This document shows positions 1 to 13,896 of a stretch of DNA of 64,000 bases, piece by piece; position 1 is the stretch's first letter; every line of letters begins with the position of its first letter. Made by a program: the position numbers and the translations under genes. Under the pieces are notes generated by a model. That model was given only the letters and a program-made list of their open reading frames with translations. It was not told the origin of the DNA and made no database searches. The DNA lies in the NCBI GenBank assembly GCA_964016885.1, contig OZ024743.1, positions 198,958,001 through 199,022,000 of the forward strand, read 5' to 3'. The stretch is from Eledone cirrhosa (lineage: Eukaryota).

Positions 1-2264
1 CCTGCCAGAAAAAGAAAGAGGGAGAGGGGGTGGAGGAAACCCAGTCGTGCGTTGATAGTGCCAGCTACAGCTGGGTAGGAGGTCAAGGAAGTATACTAGG
101 GAGGGGGAGGGGGAGGAAGTCGAAACAATAAGTAAAACAATATGGGGTAAATATATAGAAAAATACTGAGAATGTTAAAAAAACTATTAAATATAAAAAA
201 AAACAAACAATTTCTGGTTACTATTTCTTAAGGACAGCTATCAAGTCTCTCACTGGTACTGCTAGACTAAAGAAAAGTTTACTAGGTGGGACGGAATTAT
301 AATGAGACCCTATTAAGAGTTAGTAGTAATCACCCGAGTATATCTTACGGTGACGGGTCAATAAGTGTGGGGCAAGATACTAAAGAAACTACCACGAAAT
401 AATAATTCTGAGTCCCGAGACTAATACGAAATAATTGTTTCTACCCTAGGCTCAAGGCCAGCAACCACCCTGTGCAAAAAATAAACTAATACGAAATAAT
501 AATTCAGAATCCCGAAAAAGAATACTAATACTATCTCTAAGGGTGCCGCTACGATACAAAAATTCTAGTGAAAAATACATAAATGCTCGTACGAAGTATA
601 TGAAAAATTTGATACGGAAAATTAATTCAGAGTTCCCCCCCCCCCCCCATCAAACTCTCCTACAGCACCACACCAAACTTTGCACAAAACATCGTCTCCC
701 CTAACAACAAAAAACTCAACCCCTATGGAAGAAATAACCTAAATAGCAGTGGAGAGCCGACCAGGAGGTGCAACTGTCCTGATGGATCCATTTTCCCCCT
801 CAACAACAGATGCAGAGAGCGTAATGTGATCTACCAGTGCAACGTGAGGACGGACACCTCCAACAAAGCTTATATAGGATTAACCGCACGTTACTTCAAG
901 ACCCGGCTATACCAACACAGACATACCTTCTGAAACCCGGCCCGGCGTCACGCCACCACACTTTCGGGCCACATCTGGGACCTCAAGGATAACAATATTA
1001 CCTATGATCTCACTTGGAGCTTACTGTCCAGAGCCAACTCTTACACGGGAGGACGCCGTCCGTGCAATTTCTGCTCGGAGGAAACTTTACAAATGCTGTT
1101 TTCGACGGACCAACTCCTAAACAAAAAAGATGAACTGGTAACTGCATGCAAACACAGATTGCGTAGGACTTACCTCAATATTACCCCATAATTACCGGGG
1201 GGGGGGGGGTAGACGAGGGCTGTAACACCCCACTTGCCGACTTTGTAATGGGTAACTCTTGCTTGCAAAGGTAGACGTAAGATCTTCTCTTCTTTTATAT
1301 CTTTTTATCGCTTCCTCTATATTTCCTTCTTCCCCCAATCCCTCCCTAGTCCTTCCACCCCAGTCCTCTTTCTTTGTCGTCGTCCTTTTCACTTTCTCGC
1401 CCACCCGAGGTAGCCCCTCGGTCATTTGTTGCCTCAGTACCCCCACCCCTTCCTCTATTCTATGATAGAATTGGCCGACTCCGCTTTTTATAGCAGATGT
1501 GATAGACCCCGGAAACTTGCCATCTTATCCGATGGCTGCCCCTTTTCCGTGCTTTCTACATTTCTTAGTGGTATCTTTGCTTTAATTTCTCGTATATCAG
1601 TATTTTTTTTTGGGGGGGGGGGGGGGGGAGACTCTGAATTAATTTTCCGTATCAAATTTTTCATATACTTCGTACGAGCATTTATGTAGTTTGCACTAGA
1701 ATTTTTGTATCGTAGCGGCACCCTTTAGAGATAGTATTTGTATTCTTTTTCGGGATTCTGAATTATTATTTCGTATTAGTTTATTTTTTGCACTGGGTGG
1801 TTGCTGGCCTTGAACCTAGGGTAGAAACAATTATTTCGTATTAGTCTCGGGACTCAGAATTATTATTTCGTGGTAGTTTCTTTAGTATTTTGCCCCCCCC
1901 ACTTGTTGACCCGTCACCGTAAGATATACTCGGGTGATTACTACTAACTCTTAATAGGGTCTCATTATAATTCCGTCCCACCTAGTAAACTTTTCTTTAG
2001 TCTAGCAGTACCAGTGAGAGACTTGATAGCTGTCCTTAGGAAATAGTAGCCAGAAATTGTTTTTTTTTTATATTTAATTGTTTTTTTAACATTCTCGGTA
2101 TTTTTCTATATATTTACCCCATATTGTTTTATTTATTGTTTCGACTTCCTCCCCCTCCCCCTCCCTAGTGTACTTCCTTGACCTCCTGCCCCAGCTGTAG
2201 TTGGCACTATCAACGCACGTCTGGGTTTCCTCCACCCCCTCTCCCTCTTTCTTTTACTGGCAGG
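1..2264. repeat. Long inverted repeat (arms 1-648 and 1612-2264; left arm may continue beyond the window edge)
   Basis: cctgccagaaaaagaaagagggagaggggg... at 1 mirrors ...ccccctctccctctttcttttactggcagg at 2264, and the match continues to the poly-C/poly-G runs at ~635-648 and 1612-1628. Confidence 0.95.
649..1191 (+). pseudogene. PLE GIY-YIG endonuclease C-terminal fragment (Naiad-like), one in-frame TGA at 931-933
   Basis: Manual translation: IKLSYSTTPN...RCNCPDGSIFPLNNRCRERNVIYQCNVRTDTSNKAYIGLTARYFKTRLYQHRHTF*NPARRHATTLSGHIWDLKD...CNFCSEE...LLNKKDELVTACKHRLRRTYLNITP*. The CNC..PL...C linker, VIY...YIG, FKxR..H, TxLSxHIWxLK, CxxC and LLNK..EL..C.H motifs are characteristic of this clade. Confidence 0.88.
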
Positions 2265-2369
2265 TTCAGCTACCCCTTCCTTCCACAAATTGCCATGATA
2301 GAATTATGTGTATCAACAACAAACTTTTGACCAATCCTTGTGACAATCACTTTTACCATATATGGAATT

Positions 2370-2465
2370 ACCCCCTGAGAAGCTCGGCTATTCATATACC
2401 AGGATAAAAATGTTCATTTACTCCACAATTAGCCGTCGAAACGGCTTTAGCTCAGCCATCGGGGT
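2370..2465 (+). ncRNA. Type I hammerhead ribozyme, family A, mutated copy in PLE UTR
   Basis: ACCCC-CUGAGAA-gcuCGGCUA...UAGCCGuc-GAAA-CGGCU(uuagcuc)AGCCA-UC/GGGGU. It has a C3.A8 mismatch and a stem III mismatch relative to the intact copy at 57949. Confidence 0.7.
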
Positions 2466-2559
2466 CCTACTCGTTCCTATTACCCACTCTACTACCCTAA
2501 GTATTGAGTACTTTGGTGCGTTATGGTCCACCTGGTTCCTTACTACATTTCCTTCGTTA

Positions 2560-2669
<110 letters not shown>

Positions 2670-3111
2670 TACATATATATATATACACACACACACACAC
2701 ATATGTGTGTCTATGTGCGTGTGTGTGTGTGTGGGGGGGGGGTGATCGCTGGTTTTTCTTCATGAGGTGAAATCGATTCAAATTAGTACGCAGTAGGTAA
2801 TTGTAGAGAATGTATATTTATATGACTTATTTTCTCCTGCCAAAAAGATATAAATGTGCACCCTCGTTTAGCTGACGCATAATATATAGGCAAAAAAAAA
2901 ACACGAGTACACTTGAAGCGCGTGATTGTGATATGATTGGCTGTCGTTAAATAATTAAATAATGACAGACGACTTCTTAGATAACACTCAATACGATTTC
3001 AATACACGATTGAGCTGTTGGATGATGGCAGTTCTTGATACATCAGTCGTTTTGTCGCATAAAGAATCACTTGTAATGAGGGGTCAAATAATTAGTTTTG
3101 AACAAATAAAT

Positions 3112-3254
3112 GTTTCTACTTTAGGCACAAGGCCAGCAATTACCCAGTGCATTACTGGTACTTTATTTTATCGACCCCGTAAGGATGAAAGGCAAAGTTT
3201 ACCTCGGCGGGATTTGAACTCAGATCGTAAAGGGACGTAACTATGCTGGAAAGC
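3112..3254 (-). mobile_element. tRNA-derived SINE (5'-truncated) with 14-bp TSD
   Basis: Reverse complement of the SINE family (B box gagttcaaatccc). TSD ttgaacaaataaat at 3098-3111 and 3255-3268. Confidence 0.9.
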
Positions 3255-3583
3255 TTGAACAAATAAATATAGCCAATTATGTCTGTGTGTGTGTTCAGTA
3301 ATATTTTGACCACTTCTACACCGAAATCTACCCATCTGATTCTATCCCTATTTATAGTTTTCTGTCAGTGTCTCTCTCTCTCTTTCTATTTTTCTCTGAT
3401 TTAAACGTACATGTGTCTGTGGAATGCTCAGTCACTTGCACGGTAATTTCACGCGAAAGCAGATTCGTAGATCGAACAACTGGAACACTCATTGTTTAAA
3501 CCAATGCAAGTTCAGTTCCATCTTTGCCGTGAGTGTTGTATGCTGTGTGGGTTATATAATGTGTGTTTGTCTGAGTGCGGATT

Positions 3584-3631
<48 letters not shown>

Positions 3632-4264
3632 TGCGTGAATATGTACGTGCATGTTTATATATATATATATATGTGTGTGTTTGTGTGTGTGTATGCGTGT
3701 AAAATGAGATAGAATTAAAGAAACATGGATGTGATGTTAATGCATCTGCTTCTAATTTACTGATAGATTTGGATAGGTACCAAATTATATTTATAGAAAT
3801 ACAAACACACAGGCACATACACATACATACTAGCATAGATACATAAACGGCCACATGCACACACACACATACAAGGTATATATATATGTGTATGTATGTA
3901 TGTGCATGTGGGTGTATGTATATATATAAATGTATGCATGTATGCATTATGCATGTATGTATATATGCATGCATGGTTGTATGTTTTCTCTTTCTCTTAA
4001 TTTCGAGTATATTTTTGACCGGCCACCTTCCTGGTGGCAAGGTTGTAAAAGAAAAGAAATTGTCATCCCCTGAATCGCAAGAAAGTTTTGCAAATTTTGA
4101 AGGTGCCAGCTATGTATGTATGTATGTTTGTATGTATGTATGCAAAAGCCGATATATAGATACACGTGTATCTTTTGTAAGTGCGAAGTTGTGCGGAGGT
4201 AAAAAGATTTTTCCTTGAACCTGAAATAGCATAAAAGTTATTCCTCCTTACTATTGCGAGAGTG

Positions 4265-4401
<137 letters not shown>

Positions 4402-4669
4402 TCATTCACCAAAACAGATATTTTTAGTCACATATGATTGGGCTAGTAGTTAGACGTCATTTGCACACGTACCTTAAACATACATACATCCAGACATTCA
4501 CAACTATTCATGCAAATATCCACGTTCAGACATAAGGTATCTAAAATTATATTACTCCCAAACTAATAGTGAGAGATGTTTTGGAGTAAACTACTAGGGT
4601 CGATTCCATTAACTCTCCCCCTCCTTAGGATTACTGGCCTTTTGCTTATGCTAGAAAGAATTATATATA

Positions 4670-4707
4670 CTAGCAGAAAAACCACCCAGCGGGTGGTTTT
4701 CTGCTAG
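4670..4707. repeat. Hairpin palindrome bounded by CTAG, resembling a folded-back Helitron 3' terminus
   Basis: ctagcagaaaaaccaccc-agc-gggtggttttctgctag. Confidence 0.5.
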
Positions 4708-5040
4708 CAAGTGTAGTGTGCATATTGATATTATATGCAAGTATATATGCATGTAGATATGATACATCAAATAAAATCGAAATTGACAATATACATAGAA
4801 ATTGAACGAAGACTGCGTTACACTGTCTTATGTAATCTGTAACGTAATCCATGATACATTAAAAAAGACGTCATCTATACTATAAAGCTGACGGCCGTAT
4901 GTAAGTAACAAACTTTCCGCCAAGTGGCTGGACCAAACGGCACCAAATTTGCACCATAGATGTAACTTTTTCCAAGTAAGAAAGTGAGGGTATTTTTGTC
5001 TACTGAATTTTGTTAAAAGATTAAAGACATTATTTAAATT

Positions 5041-5210
5041 AGTATCGTAGAGTGTCGGATGCCATGCTTTCCAGCATAGTTACGTCCCTTTACGATCTGA
5101 GTTCAAATCCCGCCGAGGTTGACTTTGCCTTTCATCCTTACGGGGTCGATAAAATAAAGTACCAGTAATGCACTGGGTAATTGCTGGCCTTGTGCCTAAA
5201 GTAGAAACAA
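5041..5210 (+). mobile_element. tRNA-derived SINE nested in the Helitron
   Basis: A-box-like agtatcgtagag, B box gagttcaaatccc, tail gtagaaacaattatt. TSD attatttaaat on both sides. Confidence 0.9.
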
Positions 5211-5630
5211 TTATTTAAATATTCACTTCTTTAAAATTTTCAAATATCAACACTTCCGGTTATACGACATTCCTAACGTCTTCACGAATCAAAGTATCAT
5301 CTTCCTGTTTTCTTTCGGTTGCAACGTTTTTCGAAATATTTACTTCTGCGTTCACAGATTGATTTTTTTAGTTTCAGAGATCCTGTTAAGGGTGAAAGCA
5401 GCGATTCTTTGCTTAAACTTTAATCTGTTATTTTAATATATATATATAATTATATATTCGTGTACAGATATTTTTGCATACACAAAAACAAAATATAAAC
5501 AAACGTATTTATTTCCCCAAAGCACAGACGGCTTATCGTCATTGTTACTGCCGATATGCCACCCAAATTGTCCTAGCCTGGCCACAAGATTAGATTTTCC
5601 AGAAGAAAAAATGTTACTAGAGCAACAGAG

Positions 5631-5820
5631 AGACTAAGCTTCACGATTACCATCAACAAAGCTCAGGGTCAAACCCTAAAAGTGGCTGGCCTTCATCTTG
5701 GAAAACCATGGTCAATTGTATGTAAGATGCTGTAGGTTGAGCTCGCTAAACAATCTCTTCATCTTTGCTCCCGAGGGCCGAATAAAAAATATTGTATACT
5801 CTGAGGCTCTAACAATGTAA
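5631..5820 (+). pseudogene. Helitron RepHel PIF1-like helicase C-terminus (motifs V-VI), frameshifted
   Basis: RLSFTITINKAQGQTLKVAGLHLGK /fs/ HGQLYVRCCRLSSLNNLFIFAPEGRIKNIVYSEALTM* matches the TINK(S/A)QGQ..HGQLYVA.SR..KNIVY.EAL pattern. Confidence 0.85.
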
Positions 5821-6561
5821 TTTGTGTATTTTCTGACACTTTGAATTTACATGATGGTTGTACAAATTATTGTGAAGTTTGTTAAAAAGTTTGATCTCTG
5901 TTCAACCTTTATTGTTGTAACTATCTACTCAGCCAGTACGTTAACTTCTTTAACGTACTGGCTGAGAAAAGAAACCTATAATGAAAGAACATCTTAAAGT
6001 TTACCCAAGCCAAATGTTGTATTTATTAACATTTCTATCTGCAGGTTCTTAGCAAGCTTACTGGCGCTTTAGTATGGCATTCAATTCTCATATAGTTTTT
6101 GATTGATATGGTGCATATATCGCAGGTATTCATATTTAACATTTAAACATTAGAGAACGATTGCTGATGTATATTGTACGACAGAATTAGCTGAAAAATA
6201 TTTTGAATGAACAAATAAAAGAGATATAAAAGAGAGATGTTTGTTGGTTGGTTCCTTCACGTATCACACGAAAAAAACGGAAAGTTACAATCGGAAAGTA
6301 TGTACAGGATTGGGATAAGAGTATATCCAGGAAAGTTTATTGATACTAATTTTAAAACACCAGAGAAGAAGAAAAATATACCACATATGCTAAACAACCT
6401 GACTGCTATTTCTAGCAGATTGGGAAGCAACCATAAGGGATTCTCTCTGCGAGTTCGTTGTCAGTGATGATCGTATTTCGCGGCCTATGTCTCCGATTCC
6501 AACGGTGGTTTACACACACACACACGCACACACAGGAACACTCACACAAGCACACACACAC

Positions 6562-6593
<32 letters not shown>

Positions 6594-6815
6594 GAACACT
6601 CACACACACATATATATATACACAAACACACACAAACATGTATACCCACACACACAGTACACACATATATATATGAATGTTTATTTAAGCGATCGCTAAC
6701 CGGGAGTGTTGACATTTGAAAATTTTAAAGAAGTAAAATCTTTAAATAAACAATAAAGTATATTTAATCAACAGCTACACAATTTAGTAGATAAATTATG
6801 TAATATTCATTCTTA

Positions 6816-6902
6816 TTTGCCTTTCATCCTTACGGGGTCGATAAAATAAAGTACCAGTAATGTACTGGGTAATTGCTGGCCTTGTGCCAAAAGTAGAAAC
6901 AA
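6816..6902 (+). mobile_element. SINE 3' half
   Basis: tttgcctttcatccttacggggtcgataaaataaagtacc...gtagaaacaatt. Confidence 0.85.
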
Positions 6903-7490
6903 TTATTTATTCGAAGTAATCCAACTTATTTTACAAACGGGATAAAAAAATTATATTCTGGATGCAGTCCCGCACTCCTTTCTTTATTATAGTTAAGATA
7001 GTGTCGATAGGCAGAGTCGTTAGAGCATCGGACAAACGCACAGAAATATTTTTTCTGGCTCTCTATTTTCTGGTTTCAAATCCCGTCGAAGTCAACTGTA
7101 ATTTTCAATCTTCCAAAGTACTCTCAGTCGCTTAACGCCAAGGGAACCAGGGATAAGTACTGACCAGATGAACCTTCGGCTAAGAAAAGATTTTAGATAT
7201 AAACTATATTTTTTTAAATTGAATAGTAGTCCGTGGTATGATTTATCTGCTCAGCAGTGTGACAAACATAAAATATGTTATGGTTAATGTGCGGATAATT
7301 TTTGACTTACCCTGAGGTAAACAACTACAACAACAATAATAACCATAACAATAGAATGTATGTTCCAACTGATATATGTTTGTGGACAGCACAGATATTA
7401 AAGATTGAGTACATAGAGCTAGAGAAAGAATATCAGCCGGTTGATTCTTTGATCAGCTGCTATTATACTTTACTTAACAACAACTGAAAC

Positions 7491-7572
7491 AAGAAGAAGA
7501 AGAAGAAGAAGAAGAAGAAGAAGAAGAAGAAGAAGAAGAAGAAGAAGAAGAAGAAGAAGAAGAAGAAGAAGA
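7491..7572. repeat. (GAA)n microsatellite
   Basis: Directly visible. Confidence 0.98.
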
Positions 7573-7947
7573 GGAGGAGGAGGATGGGGGATGAGGAGGA
7601 GAAAAAGAAAATGAGGGAAGATGGAGGAAGAGCGTTGATACGATAAACGAAAACAAAACGAAGACAAACAATATATATATAGTGGAAGAACAAACAAAAA
7701 ACAACAAAAACAAAGTATATCAATATCAAAATATTCCATACATATTTCTTTTTGTTTAATCCTATAAAATGCTTTACAACAACAAAAGCAACAACAATAT
7801 TAGCAACAATTGAGTCGAGCAAGATATCTAATCGGTTAAATATACAATATGGTAGATATCCTGTACTTCCGTAGTTCTGGAGAAGAGAAACCTCAGCTGA
7901 TGTAGGAATATATATATATATATATATATTTTGCATATGTATATATG

Positions 7948-7978
<31 letters not shown>

Positions 7979-8015
7979 TTACATATTTATATATATATAT
8001 ACATGTATATATATT

Positions 8016-8065
<50 letters not shown>

Positions 8066-8116
8066 TATATATATATATTTATATATATATATTTATATAT
8101 ATATATATTTATATAT

Positions 8117-8196
<80 letters not shown>

Positions 8197-9167
8197 AAGT
8201 GTCTATAGCAGATATACTGGATATAGTGGGTCTGTTAAATGATCTCTCTTAACACAAGACAGTCTAATGTGTTTTGACTTACTTAAAGAATGGCAATACT
8301 TCAGAACAAAAATCAAACAACACACACACACACATACACACACACACATACACACACACCCTCCCCACACATAATCACATACACACACATATACGCACAC
8401 ACACACACCACATGCATCTGATCTCATACAAAACATGGGGGGAATAAATAAATCAAAATAAGGAAGTCTCGAAAGAAAATACACACAAACACATATTGTT
8501 TTACACCTCTTTACACACACAAGCACACACACGCACACACACTCCCCCACACATATATATACATATATATAAACATATATATATATATGCATATATATAT
8601 ATGTATATATATATGCATATATATATGTATATATATATATATATATCATTTTAACACCAGAAGAATGGGATATTCTTCATGTCTGAAAACCTTACTGGTT
8701 TCACTCACTTCACTAAACAAGAAGGCATTAGAATAGAATGAATACTTGGTATTATTGCGGAGATACAATTGCATACATTCACTGTTACAAAGGGTCTTGT
8801 TATAAAATAGCCCAGGGTGCTTCGTAGCCAGCATTAAGATACAAGGAACAATTCTACCAGCCCTCTTCATTTAGAATAATGATTTGTGTACGGTGGTAGA
8901 TAAGCAACACACAAACAAAACATATGTTTCCGGTTCTCAAAAATAAAAAAAGAAAAGGAATGAAAGGGCCCACTCTGTCCCTATCACCAACACCACCGCC
9001 ACAAAAGAAAAAAGGAAGCTTTAATTCTTTGAGAGAATATTTTGGCTGGATTTTGGACTATTTCTTCCCCTAACAGATTGTAGGAAGGAAACACCAGCAG
9101 AGATAATTGAATTTAGGACTTAGAATTGTAACAATGAATATAGTGTTTTGGGGTTATTGTACTGTTG

Positions 9168-9275
<108 letters not shown>

Positions 9276-11117
9276 TTATTTATGTATATATATATATGAA
9301 AATATATAGAATTCCAAGATGAAGAAATTTATGACATTGTATTAGTCTTACACGTGTTTCAACAAGAAAGAGATAAACATAGAAATGATAAAAAAAAAAC
9401 AGTCGAGTATTGGTGTCAGTTCTTCCTCTATATTTCTTTCTCATTTCCTCCCTCCCTCGCTCCTTCATCGCACTATCTTAAATATATGCAGGACATATAT
9501 GATAATGTGTCCCAGGATGCTCTATGTTTGAATGAAAGGTGATATGACCATGGTTGTAACGCGTTTGGTTATATATCTGAATGGAAGATAAAATAAAATA
9601 TTGATCTCGGTGGGATTTGCATTTAGAATGAGAAAATCCAGAGCAAATTCCGCAATTACAGTTCTAGCAAACTACAATAATTTTTAAAGTTAAATATTTA
9701 AACATTGTTGTTGTTTTTGAATAACCCAAAGTTTACATTGAGTAGCCTTATGATCAAAGCCGTGATTAAATCATTTTTCTGCTTTTAAACACCATTGTTC
9801 TGATAAACAACATTGTCAAATGTATCATTCCCCCTTTCTTAAGACAATAACCTGAAACTTGAGGGATATTTTGTTATATATATATATATATTACAGCAGA
9901 TAGAGAAATCCTGTAGAGTTCTAACATGGGGTCCGTAGAAGCAGTTTGGGAGTCAATGTGCTATGCCGAAAATTTCGAGGGTTTTGATAAAATCATAATA
10001 TACCTCATACTATTACTCATTCGTTTTTCTCCAAATATCTTGCTTTGGATTGTATTTCTCACTGTATGGCAACCCGAAACGGCAGTAATTGTAATGGGGC
10101 GGTCCCTGAGAAAATTAATTTACATAAAAGACGTTCTTGGTATTAAAAAGCATGGGAAACATTGCTTTTAGTGCAGATCTGTCAACTTTCCCCATCCGAC
10201 GGGGCGATCTCCCACCCACTTTGGATTGTGTGAGGGATATCCTCTCTTGTGAAAATAGGTATAGCTTTCATTATGTAAAATCTCCCCATTTTGCTCATTT
10301 CTCCCGGTTTGGGGCACTTTTTTTCCTGGTATTCCCCACTTAGAGGTTGGCAGCTCTATTTTAGTGATCACTCGAACTATTATCATGTGCTTTCCCCATG
10401 TAGTTTATTATTTTCTTAGATCTACTCAAATATAAGCTAAAATGATTGACATCTGAATTTTAACATCTTGCAATCGAGAGATTTGCGTAAATGTACTTTT
10501 GCATGTCTGTCTAACGCATGTGAGGTTTGCATATGATAACAAAATGCAAAATATAACAACATACATTTGTAATGATATTACAATAAATTGTTAATATAGA
10601 CATATTTGGACTTCTTTAACCTCTCAGCAGTGATTCATATATCTCCTTTATATATCGAAATATGTGTATGTGATAAAGTACATTCTCCTTATGTTATATG
10701 AGCGATATAAATTGTGATAAAGATATCAAAATTCATATAAATCGATAAATTTAAGTATCGTAAATTTCCTGGCAAATCCAAAGTATATTATGTTTGTTGT
10801 TATTGCTGTTTTGAATATAGTTTTTTTTTTAATCTTTACGTTAGAATTTGAAACGTAGGAGGCAAGCTGTGAGATAATTATTATCTGATAACTTCAAGAG
10901 ATTCTTCATAAAAACTGCAGCTGTAAAGACAATTATTATAACAAATATCTAAACAAAAGTACAAACAAATAGTCTTTAAAAATACTAAATAAAAAAAATT
11001 TCTAAACTATGTTTATTTATTGCAATAAAAGACATTACCATTATTTAGTATCTGAAGAATCTTAATGGAAGAATCAAAATGTCAGACAATCTTTAACATG
11101 TGTCGCTTTACACACAT

Positions 11118-11192
<75 letters not shown>

Positions 11193-11314
11193 TACACATA
11201 CACACACACACTGTACTTTTTTTTCGAATATTTTATATTTACTGTTACATTACCTACTGTTTCAGCTTGCTTTTATAATATATACATATATATATGTATG
11301 TGTGTGTATGTGTG

Positions 11315-11424
<110 letters not shown>

Positions 11425-11428
11425 TATA

Positions 11429-11626
11429 GAAACGAGTAGGACCCCGACGGCTGAGCTCAAGCCGTTTCGACGGCTAATTCTGTACAGAATTAGCCGTCGA
11501 AACGGCTTGCGCTCAGCCGTCGGGGTCTTGCTTAGTCCTATTACCCACTCTACTACCCTAAGTATTGTAAGTATTGAGTACTTTGGTGCGTTATGGTCCA
11601 CCTGGTTCCTTACCACTTTTCCCTCG

Positions 11627-11627
<1 letters not shown>
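11429..11627 (+). mobile_element. Short fold-back derivative of the PLE 3' terminus in (TA)n
   Basis: 44-bp-arm palindrome at 11440-11527 centred on ctgt|acag, followed by the same terminal ~100 bp as 2461-2556. Flanked by (TA)n on both sides. Confidence 0.85.
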
Positions 11628-11722
<95 letters not shown>

Positions 11723-11726
11723 TATA

Positions 11727-11788
11727 GAAACGAGTAGGACACCGACGGCTGAGCTCAAGCCGTTTCGACGGCTAATTCTGGACTAAAT
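11727..11788 (-). mobile_element. Inverted PLE terminal fragment (3' half of HHR A) in (TA)n
   Basis: Reverse complement of atttagtccagaattagccgtcgaaacggcttgagctcagcc..., as at 57993-58050. Confidence 0.8.
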
Positions 11789-11789
11789 C

Positions 11790-11822
<33 letters not shown>

Positions 11823-11824
11823 CC

Positions 11825-11879
<55 letters not shown>

Positions 11880-11881
11880 CC

Positions 11882-12356
<475 letters not shown>

Positions 12357-12369
12357 ATTGGCAGTATAA

Positions 12370-12559
12370 GGGCGGTGAATTGGCAGTATCGGTAGAGCAT
12401 CGGACAACATGCTTTGTAGCATAGAGTTACATCCCTTTATGATCTGAGTTCAAATCCCGCCGAGATTAACTTATATTTTCATCCTTACGGGGTCTATAAC
12501 CTTATTTTATCGACCTCGTAAGTATGAAAGGCAAAGTTAACCTCGGCGGGATTTGAACT
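12370..12559 (+). mobile_element. SINE 5' part followed by an inverted SINE fragment (12502-12559)
   Basis: ggcggtgaattggcagtatcggtagag...gagttcaaatccc...ggggtctataa, then reverse-complement ttattttatcgacctcgtaag...gggatttgaact. Confidence 0.8.
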
Positions 12560-13258
12560 TATGCCCCCTCAGAATGTTCTGAGCCCCGAGAACCAAACCC
12601 AGGTGATTGCCTGCTCCACACACTTACATATATCTCCCTAAGCTGTTGTTCAATCTTCCATTTGATCTTTATGAATCTATATTAGAACTGTGATAAATAT
12701 GAATTTGATGAATGGGGTGAATGGCTCTACTAGTATAAGTATAATCAATCTGGATTAAAGTATATGATGTTTACAATAAAGGAAAATAAATACAAATATA
12801 TACTGGTATATTTCTCTGAAATCTTGTCAAGAATTTAGTTACTTGCTTGCTGGAAAGAGTGTCGGAGGACACTACCTCCACGGCCCGCTGGAAGAAGAAG
12901 AAGAAGGAGAAGAAGAAAGCGTCATTGGAATGGTACTGGTGTAACATGAAACAATGTGTGTACAAATACCTATTAACTCTTCTATGATACCAATAGATTT
13001 CAAACTAGATTATTCACAAGGGGTACACGGATACAGCTAATCAAGACCACCGACTGCACCAGAAAGAAACGTATTCATGGATGTGTGTGGAATGATACAC
13101 GTGTAAAATAAAATAGAGTATAGAAAAAGAAAATTAACTGAAATTAGAATCAAAATTCAATGTTATTTGTACCAAGCATCTGTGGTCTGTTATTGTCATC
13201 TGTTCAAATATGTTTAAGAAATTTTTAGCAGCCATGCCTGAGTCTAAGTTAAATCCGG

Positions 13259-13316
<58 letters not shown>

Positions 13317-13358
13317 GTAAATATATATATATATATGTAAATATATATATATATGTAA

Positions 13359-13390
<32 letters not shown>

Positions 13391-13827
13391 ATATGGATGG
13401 ATGCAGGTATTTGTTTAAGAAATTCGTGTAATATGATCAAATAAAATACATATGATATACAAGTAAACACACACATGTTTGTACGTATAAATATGTACAG
13501 GTGTGAGTGCGTGTGTGTGTATCTGTGCGTGTTTCTCTATGACAGTGTACGTGCGTACAAGCGTTGGGGTGTTATTTGGAATAAAATTGTCTGCTATTTC
13601 TTGTAAGTCATATAACCAAGCCTGAACCTTCCTATTTGGCTTGGTGAGGAGTTGACATCAGTTGTGGGTGCTTTGGTATATATAGCATTTAGCCATGAAT
13701 TTAAGTTTTGTCTTCAAAATTCATTACACTGCAATACTATATACCTGCTACTTAAACATACAAACATAGTCTTCTGTGTCTAACGTAGGTACGTGCATAT
13801 ATATATATATATATATATATAATTTCA

Positions 13828-13896
<69 letters not shown>

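Larger units (their letters stand above)
1..2556 (+). mobile_element. Penelope-like element (Naiad-like), 5'-truncated, with inverted 5' pseudo-LTR
   Basis: GIY-YIG remnant at 649-1191 is followed by a ~1.36 kb 3' UTR ending ccttcg|ttat(at)n. Bases 1-648 are the reverse complement of 1612-2264, the inverted-pLTR architecture typical of PLEs. A homologous second copy lies at 56701-58133. Confidence 0.88.
4874..5966 (+). mobile_element. Helitron internal-deletion derivative
   Basis: The 5' end a|TCtatactataaag is typical of Helitrons. It contains a PIF1-helicase C-terminal remnant (5631-5820), a SINE inserted at 5041-5210, and a 17-bp-arm hairpin at 5928-5966. The 3' boundary is uncertain. Confidence 0.65.

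Noticed and set aside
931-933. In-frame TGA in the Naiad-like GIY-YIG domain as possible selenocysteine (some Naiad PLEs are selenoproteins)
   Set aside because: It falls at HTF*N, where Arg (CGA) is expected rather than Cys, so CpG decay explains it. No convincing SECIS was seen in the UTR.
1192-1721. Short ORFs in the PLE UTR that recur in the second copy (56720-57292)
   Set aside because: The similarity follows from DNA homology. Frames and lengths differ between copies, and the peptides are low-complexity.
10060-10115. GAAAC...GUC motif in a GC-richer block
   Set aside because: There is no upstream CUGANGA/UUGANAA core.
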